Shown here: positions 1-8,907 of the stretch, in pieces
How positions within the stretch are numbered: the first letter of the stretch is position 1
How the letters are laid out: the number at the start of each line of letters is the position of its first letter
Assembly (NCBI GenBank): GCA_963666215.2
Contig: CAXWPL010000005.1
Location: forward strand, 319,331 to 383,330
Direction: 5' to 3'
Length of the DNA: 64,000 nt
Origin: Acidobacteriota bacterium
Lineage (GTDB): Bacteria > Acidobacteriota > UBA890 > WLXD01
Program-made: the position numbers and the translations under genes
Notes under the pieces: model-generated
Seen by the model: the letters and a program-made list of their open reading frames with translations, nothing else
The model's database searches: none
What the model was told of the DNA's origin: nothing

Positions 1-354
1 GAGGCGCTCGATCCAGGTCTTGGTGAGCGGGTAGCCGTTGGTGATCGAGGTGCACACCATGCCGAGCTTCACCGAATGCGCAATCACCTCATCGACCTGC
101 GGATGAATCATCGGCTCACCACCCGTGAGCGTCACCGACACGGTGCCGAGCTCACGCAGCTTGTCGAGCCTCTGTTTCAGAACGTCGATCGGGATCGGCG
201 CCGAGACCTGGTCGTACTCGTTGCAGTAACCGCACGAGAGATTGCAGCGACGCGTGACGACGATCTGCGTCTGCAGCGGGACGTACGGATCTCTGAGGGC
301 GCGCAGAACACCGCGCGTCGCACCGAGAAACGGCTGGGGTATGAGTCGCGCCAT
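1..354 (-). CDS. radical SAM enzyme, N-terminal fragment (continues past the left edge)
   Basis: Absent from the ORF track because it is open at the window edge. Manual minus-strand translation from ATG 354 gives MARLIPQPFLGATRGVLRALRDPYVPLQTQIVVTRRCNLSCGYCNEYDQVSAPIPIDVLKQRLDKLRELGTVSVTLTGGEPMIHP... It has the CxxxCxxC cluster motif (CNLSCGYC) and the GGEP SAM-binding motif. An in-frame alternative ATG lies at 387. Confidence 0.75.
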   Translation of the reverse strand, partial: MARLIPQPFLGATRGVLRALRDPYVPLQTQIVVTRRCNLSCGYCNEYDQVSAPIPIDVLKQRLDKLRELGTVSVTLTGGEPMIHPQVDEVIAHSVKLGMVCTSITNGYPLTKTWIERL

Positions 355-414
355 GGTGTTGCGCCCTTGCCGCCGCAGCTGCGGCATGCGGTACCGGCCA
401 ATCGAGTCGGCCGG

Positions 415-570
415 TCAGGCTCCGGGGAGCAGAAAGAGTAGCAGGATGATCAGAGCGCAGATGACGTCGTATTGCCACGAACCACGGGGCCAGTTGAGGA
501 ACAGCCAACGTCCGGTCGAACCCCACATCGCCAACCCTCGGCGGGTGTCGGTTTGCGCGCGCTCTGTCAT
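415..570 (-). CDS. hypothetical small membrane peptide (51 aa)
   Basis: Below the ORF-track length cutoff, translated by hand: MTERAQTDTRRGLAMWGSTGRWLFLNWPRGSWQYDVICALIILLLFLLPGA. Third positions are mostly G/C. It has a basic N-terminus and one C-terminal hydrophobic helix. It shares frame with, and sits just upstream of, the radical SAM gene. No family recognised. Confidence 0.3.
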   Translation of the reverse strand: MTERAQTDTRRGLAMWGSTGRWLFLNWPRGSWQYDVICALIILLLFLLPGA

Positions 571-646
571 CGGATCGAATGCTTTCTCGGCGGCTTCTCG
601 TACAGGTGCGGGTACGCGAGTCTATACGTTGGTCGCCAGATGCAGA

Positions 647-1648
647 CTACATGCTGCGCGCGACAATGAAGTCGGGCAGCTCGGCCAGCGCGTCGCGGAC
701 CTCATTATGCGGCAGCACGGCGAGCGCAGTGCGCCCCTGGTCGGCATAGCGGCGAGCCTCCTCGCGTGTCGCTTCGAGGCTGCCAGTTTCACGCATGGCA
801 GCCAATACGCGCGGCAGCCCATCGGCAGTTTGAGCCGGGCTACCCAAACAGGCAAGCGCCAGCTCGCAGTGCTTGCGGGAGCCGTGCTCGAGCAGATGGA
901 TGAGCGGGAAGGTCACCTTACCCTCGCGCAGGTCGGCCCCGGGCTCCTTTCCGAACTTGGCCACATCGGCATCGTAGTCGAGCAGGTCGTCGATCAGTTG
1001 GAATGCGATCCCGACGTCGTGGCCGTAGCCGGCAAGCGCCGCCTCCTGCTCGGGTTCGACGCCGGCGAGCACTGCTGCCGCCTGTGCGCAGCCGGCGAAC
1101 AGCGAGGCCGTTTTCCGATCGATGATGTCCATGTATGTGGCTAAATCGAGCTCCAAGTTGCCGTTGTGCATGACATCCAGCATCTCACCCTCGACCAACC
1201 GGCTGGTCGCCTTTGTGAGCACCTCGACGAGCCGTAGCTTGCCTATCGACACGCTCATCGAAAGCGACTTGGCATAGAGAAAATCGCCAAAGAGCACCGC
1301 GAGTTGATTGCCCCAGACGCCGTTCGCCGGTGGCTTCCCACGTCGAACCATGGAGCCGTCGACGATGTCGTCGTGAACCAGAGATGCCGTGTGGATGAGC
1401 TCCACGATGACGCCGAGGTCGACATCCGCATCGCCGCGGTAACCGCAGGTACGGGCGCACAGCAGCACCAACGCCGGTCGTAGCCGCTTGCCACCGTTCT
1501 GATGCAGATAAGTGGCGATCTCACGCACCAGCGCGATATCGGAGGCAATGAGGCCGTGGATTTGTCTCTCCACCAGCACCAAGCGATCCTTGGCGAGGTG
1601 GTAGGCGGCAGTGTGCGTATGCGCCGGTTGGCTGGAGGAGAACTGCAT
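647..1648 (-). CDS. trans-polyprenyl diphosphate synthase (IspB/HepT-like)
   Basis: ORF 647..1741 carries the two Asp-rich motifs LVHDDIVD and FQLIDDLLD. Start trimmed to ATG 1648 (MQFSSS...) so that it does not overlap the upstream gene. Confidence 0.9.
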   Translation of the reverse strand: MQFSSSQPAHTHTAAYHLAKDRLVLVERQIHGLIASDIALVREIATYLHQNGGKRLRPALVLLCARTCGYRGDADVDLGVIVELIHTASLVHDDIVDGSMVRRGKPPANGVWGNQLAVLFGDFLYAKSLSMSVSIGKLRLVEVLTKATSRLVEGEMLDVMHNGNLELDLATYMDIIDRKTASLFAGCAQAAAVLAGVEPEQEAALAGYGHDVGIAFQLIDDLLDYDADVAKFGKEPGADLREGKVTFPLIHLLEHGSRKHCELALACLGSPAQTADGLPRVLAAMRETGSLEATREEARRYADQGRTALAVLPHNEVRDALAELPDFIVARSM

Positions 1649-1667
1649 CGCCAGAGGGGCCGTTGGG

Positions 1668-2387
1668 TCAGCTACCGCGATACTCGACATCGACCCCGGG
1701 CGGGATCTCGAACCGGAAAAGCTCATCCGACACGCCGACATCGGTTTCTATCGTGAGGAATCGATATTCCGTCGACTCCCCGAGACGGCCGAAAGATACC
1801 AGGCGCGCGATCAGAGCGGTATCCGGGTCGATCTCCACAACCAGACGCTGGAAGTCGGTACCGTCGGCGCGGGGATCGAGTTGCAGCTGTACGTTGCCAG
1901 GTTGCAGGCGCTCCTCCCACTCCGTTCCCGAAACATGGAAGTCGCCCACCAGGTCGCCCTGACCCGCGAGATAGGCGATGGGGAGCTGTCCGGCCCCGGC
2001 TTTCTCCGCAGGATAGATATGCACCTGATTGTCCTCCGGAACGTACCAGTACACGGCTTCGCCGTCGGCCACGAAGGTGCGCCCGCTGCCGTCGTACTCC
2101 ACACGAACCAGGTTCGGCGTGCGGATAACCCACACTCCCGTGCTTTCGACCACAACGCTGCCCCGTCGCCTCTGCTGACGCTGGAGGAAGCGCATCCGCA
2201 GATCGTCGAAGCCACGATAGCGTTCCTGTACGGCGCGCAGCAGGGCCTCGAGCGGTAGCTCGTGGTGCGTCTCCGTTGCCTGGGCGCGTGCCGGCGACAC
2301 GCCGACGCTGAACCCGCCGCCGAGACTCAATACGCCGACAAGCACCAGGAACGGCAGCCGGCCACTAGCGCTGTTTTGAAGGCTCAT
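1668..2387 (-). CDS. LolA-like outer-membrane lipoprotein carrier family protein (exported)
   Basis: ORF 1668..2543 trimmed to ATG 2387. Signal peptide MSLQNSASGRLPFLVLVGVLSLGGGFSVGVSPARAQA is followed by a beta-rich domain resembling LolA/LolB-fold proteins. Assignment is by overall resemblance only. Confidence 0.55.
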   Translation of the reverse strand: MSLQNSASGRLPFLVLVGVLSLGGGFSVGVSPARAQATETHHELPLEALLRAVQERYRGFDDLRMRFLQRQQRRRGSVVVESTGVWVIRTPNLVRVEYDGSGRTFVADGEAVYWYVPEDNQVHIYPAEKAGAGQLPIAYLAGQGDLVGDFHVSGTEWEERLQPGNVQLQLDPRADGTDFQRLVVEIDPDTALIARLVSFGRLGESTEYRFLTIETDVGVSDELFRFEIPPGVDVEYRGS

Positions 2388-2645
2388 ATCGGGCTGCCGC
2401 GAGCAGGCGCTCGGCTGAGGGTCGGGTTTTGGGCTGCGGAAGAGAACTGAAACGCCGAGGCGCCGAGACGTCGCACGCTCGTAAAGGCTAACCGGACCGC
2501 CAAACGGCTCGACCCCTGGTATCATACCGCGATCTCGCGGCACGCCCCCGACCCTTCAGGGGCGCTCTCCCGCTTCAGCTTTCCTCACGGGCGACTCCAC
2601 CGGCTCCGGTCGAATCGTCCTGCCGCTGCTTTCCGGACCCTCCTC

Positions 2646-3422
2646 ATGTCGGTACGTGTGCTCGTCGTTTCGCCCCTGGACACCACCGGCAGACACGGCC
2701 TCGCCGCTGATGTACGCGCCGTGGAAACAACCGGCGCCACAGCGGTCGCGATACCTTCGGGGATCTTGCTGGGCGCCGCTCCCGACAGCAAGGGAGGCCT
2801 GCATTTGGCGCCTCAGACACCGTGGGTTCTCGAGCGTGCCATCGACGAGGCGATGCAGGAGCCGGTGGACGCTCTATTCCTGGGCGCTCTGCCACGCTAC
2901 CGCCAGGTCAAGGCGCTGGGGCGTATTCTCGACCGTGCGCTGCCCGAGGTGCTCGTGTGGGCACCCCTCGCGTGTCACCCTCGGGTCGACACGCTCAACG
3001 GAGCCTGGAGCCGACGCGAGCTCCGCCGCCGCCTGCCGGCCGATAGCACCGTAATCGTGCTGCCGAGCAATCGCGCCAACTGGCCCGCCGACGCCCCTGC
3101 GAGAGCGGCGGCCACCGACGAGGAAACCGACCCGTCCGCGGAATCGCTGGGTGCCGGTGCCACGCCGTTGCTGGACGAGGGTGCCTACGCCGTGTGGCTG
3201 CGCGGCGAGCCTGCGTCGGGCCGCTGCATCGATCGCGTAGTCACTGGGCGCGGCACGAGCGTGATCGACTACCCGGCGCTCGCAGTCTCGGGTGGCGACG
3301 TCGCGCCCGCGGCACTCGCCGGCTTGCTCGCCTTGGGTATCGAGCTGAGCGAAGCCATCGAACGGGCGCGTGCGGTAACCGCCGCAGAGAGTCAGCCCGA
3401 GCCCATCCTGGCGCTCGCGTAG
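2646..3422 (+). CDS. divergent ThiD/PdxK-like (ribokinase-fold) kinase homolog
   Basis: The N-terminus VLVVSPLDTTGRHGLAADVRAVETTGATAVAIPSGILL parallels the ThiD pattern (AGSDxxGGAGxQADLKT...). The C-terminal SGGDVAPAALAGLLALGIELSEAIERA parallels the GTGC..SAIAA..A.G helix, but key residues are substituted. Confidence 0.45.
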   Translation: MSVRVLVVSPLDTTGRHGLAADVRAVETTGATAVAIPSGILLGAAPDSKGGLHLAPQTPWVLERAIDEAMQEPVDALFLGALPRYRQVKALGRILDRALPEVLVWAPLACHPRVDTLNGAWSRRELRRRLPADSTVIVLPSNRANWPADAPARAAATDEETDPSAESLGAGATPLLDEGAYAVWLRGEPASGRCIDRVVTGRGTSVIDYPALAVSGGDVAPAALAGLLALGIELSEAIERARAVTAAESQPEPILALA

Positions 3423-3435
3423 TCGAGCAGACCCC

Positions 3436-5004
3436 TCAGCTCTCGAGGCGCGGAAACAGCGCGTCTCCTGGCTGCAGGCGCCACGGTGACTCGGCGGGCT
3501 CCGCCAGCGCCGCCAGCGGGATCGGACTCCCGGAGCCGGATTGAGGCTCGGAGTCCAGCGAGGCAGCGATCCCGAGCCGAGCGAACATCTGTTTGGCCCG
3601 CCCGGGCACGACCGGCTGCAGCAGAACCGCCAGCGTGCGCAGCGCATCCACAAGCTCCCAGAGAACACGATCCAGTTTCTCCGCGGCCGCAGTGTCGTCC
3701 TTACGTCCGGCCAGCTCCCACGGTTTGGCCTCGTCGATTGCCAGATTCGCTGCCGAGACCAGCCGCCATGCCGCGGCCACGCCACCCTGAAGGTCGTAGG
3801 CATCCATACGCTCGCGGTAGTCGTGGATCGCCGCCACGCCAGCGGCTGGCAGCTTGGTGGCCGGCTCGCCGGGCAGTGGTTTCGTGAGCTCGGCGCCGCG
3901 ATACTTGCCGGCCATCGCCAGCGTGCGCTGGAACAAATTGCCCAGATCGTTGGCCAGATCGGCGTTGTAGCGCTCTTCGAGGCGATCGAGATCGAAGTCG
4001 AGATCGCGGCCGAACGGCACCTCCCGAATGAGGAAGTAGCGCAACGCATCAACACCCACAACCGCCGCCGCCGCTAGCGGGTCGATGACGTTTCCGATCG
4101 TCTTGCTCATGCGCCCACCCCCCTGCTGCACGAATCCGTGCCCAAAGATCGTGCGCGGTAACGGCAACCCGGCGGCGAGCAGCATCGCGGGCCAAATCAC
4201 CGCGTGGAAGCGAGTGATGTCCTTACCAACGAGGTGAACGTCGGCCGGCCAAAAGTCGGCATACTCCGAGCCCTCGTCCTCGTCGGGGTAGCCCAGACCT
4301 GTGAGGTAATTCGTCAGGGCGTCGAACCACACGTAGACCGCCTGTCCTTCGTACCCGGGCATCGGAATCCCCCACCCCGCAGCGCGACGGGAGATGCTGA
4401 TGTCATCGAGTCCCTGATCCAGCAGAGCCAGGATCTCGTTGCGACGAACATCCGTGAGAACGAACTCGGGGTGCGCTGCGATGCGTGCCTTGAGCGGCTC
4501 CGTGTAGCGCGACATCCGGAAGAAAGCGTTCTCCTCCTCGCGCCAGTCGGGCTCGGTCAGATGCTGCGGGCATTTCCCGTCGACCAGATCGCGCTCTGAG
4601 TAGAACGCCTCGCAGCCGACGCAGTACCACCCGTTGTACGTATCGGTGTAGATATCCCCGTTAGCCTCGACGCGCTCGAGAATCGCCAGAACGGCCCGCC
4701 GATGCCGCTCCTCGGTGGTGCGCACAAAGATGTCGTTCGACACCCCTAGCTTGGCCCAGGTGTCCTGGAAGATCGTCGCCATCCGATCGGTATATTCAGA
4801 AGGTTCCAGCCCCTGATCGATCGCCTTCTGCTCCACATTCTGCGAGTGCTCATCGAGCCCCAACAGAAACCGCACGTCGCGCCCCAACAGCCGCTGGTAG
4901 CGCGCTATGACGTCGGCGGCAATCTTCTCGTAGGCCGTCCCCAGATGAGGCGGACTGTTGGGATAGTCGATGGCGCAGGTGATGTAGAAACGGTCGTTTG
5001 GCAT
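3436..5004 (-). CDS. metG: methionine--tRNA ligase
   Basis: 522 aa. HIGH-type motif PPHLGTAYE, KMSKS-type motif GRMSKTIGNVIDP, and a MetRS-like N-terminus FYITCAIDYPNS. Confidence 0.93.
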   Translation of the reverse strand: MPNDRFYITCAIDYPNSPPHLGTAYEKIAADVIARYQRLLGRDVRFLLGLDEHSQNVEQKAIDQGLEPSEYTDRMATIFQDTWAKLGVSNDIFVRTTEERHRRAVLAILERVEANGDIYTDTYNGWYCVGCEAFYSERDLVDGKCPQHLTEPDWREEENAFFRMSRYTEPLKARIAAHPEFVLTDVRRNEILALLDQGLDDISISRRAAGWGIPMPGYEGQAVYVWFDALTNYLTGLGYPDEDEGSEYADFWPADVHLVGKDITRFHAVIWPAMLLAAGLPLPRTIFGHGFVQQGGGRMSKTIGNVIDPLAAAAVVGVDALRYFLIREVPFGRDLDFDLDRLEERYNADLANDLGNLFQRTLAMAGKYRGAELTKPLPGEPATKLPAAGVAAIHDYRERMDAYDLQGGVAAAWRLVSAANLAIDEAKPWELAGRKDDTAAAEKLDRVLWELVDALRTLAVLLQPVVPGRAKQMFARLGIAASLDSEPQSGSGSPIPLAALAEPAESPWRLQPGDALFPRLES

Positions 5005-5085
5005 GGTTTGGGGAGTCTACCGTGATGGCTGTGGCGCCGAGTGCGGGTACGGCGGCGGGTCGTGAGCGCTGGGCTTAGGAGGAGA

Positions 5086-5234
5086 GCTCGGACGGATACA
5101 CCCTCTCCTAGGCGATGCCCTGCGCAACGAAAAATCGCCGCGGGCAAAGATCGTCACTTGACCCGAGCCACTCCGCACGGCCCGCGGCTACTGCTCGCAG
5201 CCAATCGTCTAGGAGGGGGTGTGTCCGTCCGTGC
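5086..5234. repeat. ~145-bp imperfect-palindrome intergenic repeat, copy 1
   Basis: Terminal inverted repeats CGGACGGATACACCCTCTCCTAGGCGAT ... ATCGTCTAGGAGGGGGTGTGTCCGTCCG. It aligns in the same orientation with 17564..17714. No ORF. Confidence 0.8.
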
Positions 5235-5314
5235 GGCCCACGCCCAGAAAGTGTCGGATCCGACCGTGCACACCACGCCGGAGGGGCCGCCGAGCGCAGG
5301 ACGTTGACGATCAG

Positions 5315-6025
5315 TTATTCGACCGTCTTCTGATCGAACCCACACAAATCCGTCACACAACAACGCCAGCACTTCGGCGACCTCGCCGTGCACACCTCGC
5401 GGCCGTGGCGAATCACGTTCATGTGGAATGGGTAGGAAATCTCGTCGGGTACGGCTTCCTGAAGCTCGTTGTTGGCGCGCGTCAGGTCCTTCGTGGCGTG
5501 GATGCCGATGCGCTGCAGCATTCTGAAGACGTGGGTGTCGACGGGGAACGCGGGCTTCTTCAGCGAAAACAGCAGGATGCAATTGATGCTCTTGGCGCCG
5601 AGACCCTTGTAGCCAGAGAGAGCCTCTCGGGCGGCGGTGAGGTCGAGGTTGCGAAGGTGCTCGAGGTCGTAGGCACCGTGCTCGCGCTTGATCTGGAGTA
5701 GGAGATCCTTGATACGACGCGCTTTCACGCGCTGCAGACCACCGGGCTGGAGGGCCTCCTCGAGCGACCGAAGGCTGGCTTGGGCGACGCTCTCCCAGTC
5801 GGGATAGCTCTGCTTGAGCGCGGTCCAGGCGCGATCTCGGTTGGTGTCGGTGGTGTTCTGCGAAAGGATCGTCAGGACCAGCTCGTCGAGCGCGGGAAGC
5901 GCCCGCTGTGGGATCGGGACGCCGTACTCTCCGACCAGCCGCTCGTGCAAGATCTCGATAGCGGCGGCTTGCTCCTTCAAGGGAACCGAGCGTGTGGCTC
6001 GTCTAGCTGTCACATCAGCAACCAC
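5315..6025 (-). CDS. nth: endonuclease III family DNA glycosylase (HhH-GPD, 4Fe-4S)
   Basis: 236 aa. Helix-hairpin-helix region LSGYKGLGAKSINCILLF, followed by VDTHVFR and a C-terminal cluster loop CTARSPKCWRCCVTDLC. Confidence 0.85.
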   Translation of the reverse strand: MVADVTARRATRSVPLKEQAAAIEILHERLVGEYGVPIPQRALPALDELVLTILSQNTTDTNRDRAWTALKQSYPDWESVAQASLRSLEEALQPGGLQRVKARRIKDLLLQIKREHGAYDLEHLRNLDLTAAREALSGYKGLGAKSINCILLFSLKKPAFPVDTHVFRMLQRIGIHATKDLTRANNELQEAVPDEISYPFHMNVIRHGREVCTARSPKCWRCCVTDLCGFDQKTVE

Positions 6026-6082
6026 GGTGGAGTGCGTTGCGCTCTGATGGCCGCGCTCGGCGGAGCGGCGAGGCGCTGAGGG

Positions 6083-7483
6083 TCACGCCGGGGAGCCGCC
6101 GATACGTTCCTTCAAGTAGTCAACCAGGCCGTCGAGTGGCACGCGCTCTTGGTTCATCGTGTCGCGGTCGCGGACCGTCGCCTTACCGTCCTCGAGGCTA
6201 TCGAAATCGAAAGTCACACAGAAGGGCGTTCCGACCTCGTCTTCGCGACGGTAGCGCTTGCCAATGCTGCCGGCGGCGTCGAAGAGGGTATGGAAGTGAG
6301 CGCGCAAGTCGCTGGTGAGCTTCTGCGCCGGCTCCGAGAGCTTCTTGGCGAGCGGGAAGACGGCGACTTGGCGCGGCGCGATATGAGGCGCGAAACGGAG
6401 CACGGTGCGCTCCTCACCCTCTGTTTCCTCGATTGCGAACGCGTCGGCGAGCAAAGTGAGAACGGTGCGATCGAGCCCGGCCGATGTCTCGATGACGTTG
6501 GGAACGAACTTCTGCTGCAGCTGAGGGTCGAAGTAGAACTGGTCCTTGCCTGAAGCCTCGGCGTGTTGTGTGAGGTCGTAGTTACCACGGTTGGCGATGC
6601 CTTCGAGCTCCTGCCATCCGAAGGGAAACTCGTACTCGACGTCGGTGCAGGCGCTCGCGTAGTGGGCCAGCTCATCGCTGTCGTGAGGCCGTAGTCGCAA
6701 CTTGGAAGGCGTGACCCCCATGCGCTCGTACCACGCGAACCGCTCGGCGATCCAATACTCGAACCAACGGTTCTGCTCCTCGGCATGGATGAAGAACTCC
6801 ATCTCCATCTGCTCGAACTCACGCGAGCGGAAGGTGAAGTTGCGCGGCGTCACCTCGTTGCGGAACGCCTTGCCCACCTGGGCGATCCCGAAGGGCACCT
6901 TTTGACGCGACGAGGTCTGCACGTTCTTGTAGTTGACGAAGATCGCCTGCGCGGTCTCCGGCCGCAGGTAGGCAACCGACTTCGAGTCGGCGACGGCGCC
7001 GACGTGGGTCTCGAACATCAGCCCGAACTGCCGCGGCTCGGTGAGCTCGCCCTCACAAACCAGGCAGCGGCTCGGAATCTCACCCTCGGGAACTGTCTCG
7101 CCGTCGCCGTCGTAGCCGGGAAAAATCTTGCCGAGGTCGCCGGCTTCCGCGGCATCGCGAATGAGGTGATCGAGCCGGAAACGATGGTTGCATTCCTTGC
7201 AGTCGACCATCAAGTCGTAGAACGACGACACGTGACCCGAGGCCTCCCAAACGCGCGGGTGCATGATGATCGCGGCGTCGAAACCGACCACGTTGTCGCG
7301 CTCGCGCACCATCGAGCTCCACCACGAGTCCAGCACCCGACGTCGTAGCTCAACGCCGAGCGGCCCATAGTCCCAGAAGCCGTTGAGGCCGCCGTAGATC
7401 TCGCTGCTTTGGAAGATGAAGCCTCGCCGTTTGCACAACGAAACGAGGGCATCGAGGCTGGTCAGGTGTTCGCTCGAGCTCAT
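6083..7483 (-). CDS. glyQS: glycine--tRNA ligase (homodimeric class II type)
   Basis: 466 aa. The N-terminus LVSLCKRRGFIFQSSEIYGGLNGFWDYGPLGVELRRRV is the characteristic GlyQS signature, and the length fits. Confidence 0.92.
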   Translation of the reverse strand: MSSSEHLTSLDALVSLCKRRGFIFQSSEIYGGLNGFWDYGPLGVELRRRVLDSWWSSMVRERDNVVGFDAAIIMHPRVWEASGHVSSFYDLMVDCKECNHRFRLDHLIRDAAEAGDLGKIFPGYDGDGETVPEGEIPSRCLVCEGELTEPRQFGLMFETHVGAVADSKSVAYLRPETAQAIFVNYKNVQTSSRQKVPFGIAQVGKAFRNEVTPRNFTFRSREFEQMEMEFFIHAEEQNRWFEYWIAERFAWYERMGVTPSKLRLRPHDSDELAHYASACTDVEYEFPFGWQELEGIANRGNYDLTQHAEASGKDQFYFDPQLQQKFVPNVIETSAGLDRTVLTLLADAFAIEETEGEERTVLRFAPHIAPRQVAVFPLAKKLSEPAQKLTSDLRAHFHTLFDAAGSIGKRYRREDEVGTPFCVTFDFDSLEDGKATVRDRDTMNQERVPLDGLVDYLKERIGGSPA

Positions 7484-7598
7484 CGGCTGATCTGATCCTA
7501 GGCGCGCGTCTTGGCGCTGTGATTGCTGGGAACTGTGGAGATGCTTGCGGGCGGCTCAAATCGAATCGTGTAAGACACAAGGCCGTAGAGAACGACAA

Positions 7599-7621
7599 GC
7601 GGACGGCCACAGGCCGCCCGC
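7599..7621 (-). terminator. putative intrinsic terminator hairpin after the DegT-family gene
   Basis: The minus-strand RNA GCGGGCGGCC-UGU-GGCCGUCCGC forms a 10-bp stem with one G.U pair, 12 nt after the stop at 7633. It is followed by UUGUCGUUCUCU. Confidence 0.45.
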
Positions 7622-7632
7622 GGACCTCTATC

Positions 7633-8865
7633 CTACCCGACCTTGCTCAAACTGAACCGTTGCAGCTTGTCGAGCGCGCGAGCAACATCGAGGGCGTCCT
7701 CACGACCGCCGAGCAGCGCGTTTTGACGAATCCAAACAGCTTCGCTGGCACAGGCGCGCTCGGCAACCGGGCACTCACCGCGCCGATGCGCCGGTGCGCA
7801 GTCAGAATCTGCGAAGACGGCCTGATCACACGCCGGGACGTCGTAGCCGGCGGTTGCCGGTACTCCTTCCGCCACCAACGCCCGTACCAGATCGAACTTG
7901 GTCCAAGCGCCAAAAGCCCGCGGGGCGATTCGCAAGACGAACAGATGCCAGGCCGACTGATCGACGGCGCCTGGCAGCGCCTGCGCCTCCACACCATCGA
8001 TCTCGCCGAGCGCCGCGCGCAACGCGGCCGCGTTGCGGCTGCGCCGCTTCAACTCCTCGGGATAACCATCGAGGCCGCAGCACAGCAGCGCACCCTGGAA
8101 GTCGGTCAGTCGCGAGTTCGTTCCGAGTCGTACGTGGCTGTAGCGATCGGCTGACGCTCCGCGACCGTTGTCGGCAATCGAGCGGCAGGCGGAAGCGAGC
8201 TCGGCGTCGTTGGTGAGAATGATGCCCCCCTCGCCACAGGCGAGGTTCTTGCTGGCCTGGAAGGAGAACATGCCGACGTCCCCCTGTGCCCCGACGGCGC
8301 GCCCGTCGCAGCGTGCGCCCCAGCCCTGCGCGGCATCTTCGATCACTTTGAGGCCGTGACGTTTCGCCAGAGCGCTCAGTCGCGACATGTCGGATGGCAG
8401 GCCGGCAATGTGAACCGGCATGAGCGCCACCGTGCGCTCTGAGATCAGCTCCTCGGCAGCGGTCGCGCTGAGGCAATAGGTGTCGGGATCAACGTCGGCG
8501 AAAACCGGTACGCCTCCGGCGTACACAACCGCCGTAGCGCTGGCGACGAAAGTGTACGCCGGCACAATGACCTCGTCGCCGGCACCGATCTCCAACGCCT
8601 CGAGCGCCACGCGCAGCCCGGCCTCGCCGTTTGCGACACAGATCCCGTGCTCGGCCTCCTGATAGGCGGCGAAGCGCTCCTCGAAGCTGCGCACGAAGCG
8701 TCCGTGCCGGCTGTCCCAGTTGCCCGATTCCAGCACCTCGAGCAGCGCCTCGGCCGCACCTGCGGGGGGCTGTGGCCAGCGCGGATAGTCGGCCGCCCGC
8801 AGCGGGGTGCCGCCCGCGATGGCCGGCAGGCTCAGCTCGCCCGGTTCGTGAGGACTCACCAGCAA
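7633..8865 (-). CDS. DegT/DnrJ/EryC1/StrS family PLP-dependent sugar aminotransferase
   Basis: 410 aa. GDEVIVPAYTFVASATAV and the PLP-lysine region SFQASKNLACGEGG. Confidence 0.88.
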   Translation of the reverse strand: MLVSPHEPGELSLPAIAGGTPLRAADYPRWPQPPAGAAEALLEVLESGNWDSRHGRFVRSFEERFAAYQEAEHGICVANGEAGLRVALEALEIGAGDEVIVPAYTFVASATAVVYAGGVPVFADVDPDTYCLSATAAEELISERTVALMPVHIAGLPSDMSRLSALAKRHGLKVIEDAAQGWGARCDGRAVGAQGDVGMFSFQASKNLACGEGGIILTNDAELASACRSIADNGRGASADRYSHVRLGTNSRLTDFQGALLCCGLDGYPEELKRRSRNAAALRAALGEIDGVEAQALPGAVDQSAWHLFVLRIAPRAFGAWTKFDLVRALVAEGVPATAGYDVPACDQAVFADSDCAPAHRRGECPVAERACASEAVWIRQNALLGGREDALDVARALDKLQRFSLSKVG

Positions 8866-8907
8866 CGGTCGTGCACGTCCGGCGCTAGCCCTCGCCGACC
8901 GCCACCG

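Noticed and set aside
2388-2645. Possible TPP riboswitch upstream of the ThiD-like gene
   Set aside because: The conserved CUGAGA ... ACCUGAUCUGGAUAAUGCCAGCG core is not present on either strand.
2874-4061. 395-aa minus-strand ORF
   Set aside because: It is Arg/Trp/Ser-rich with no motifs. It lies out of frame inside metG and antisense to the ThiD-like gene. This is a typical high-GC shadow ORF.
7484-7632. Possible T-box leaders upstream of glyQS, and of metG at 5005..5085
   Set aside because: The spacers are too short, and no T-box sequence or specifier-loop/antiterminator arrangement is visible. The metG spacer is occupied by the palindromic repeat instead.
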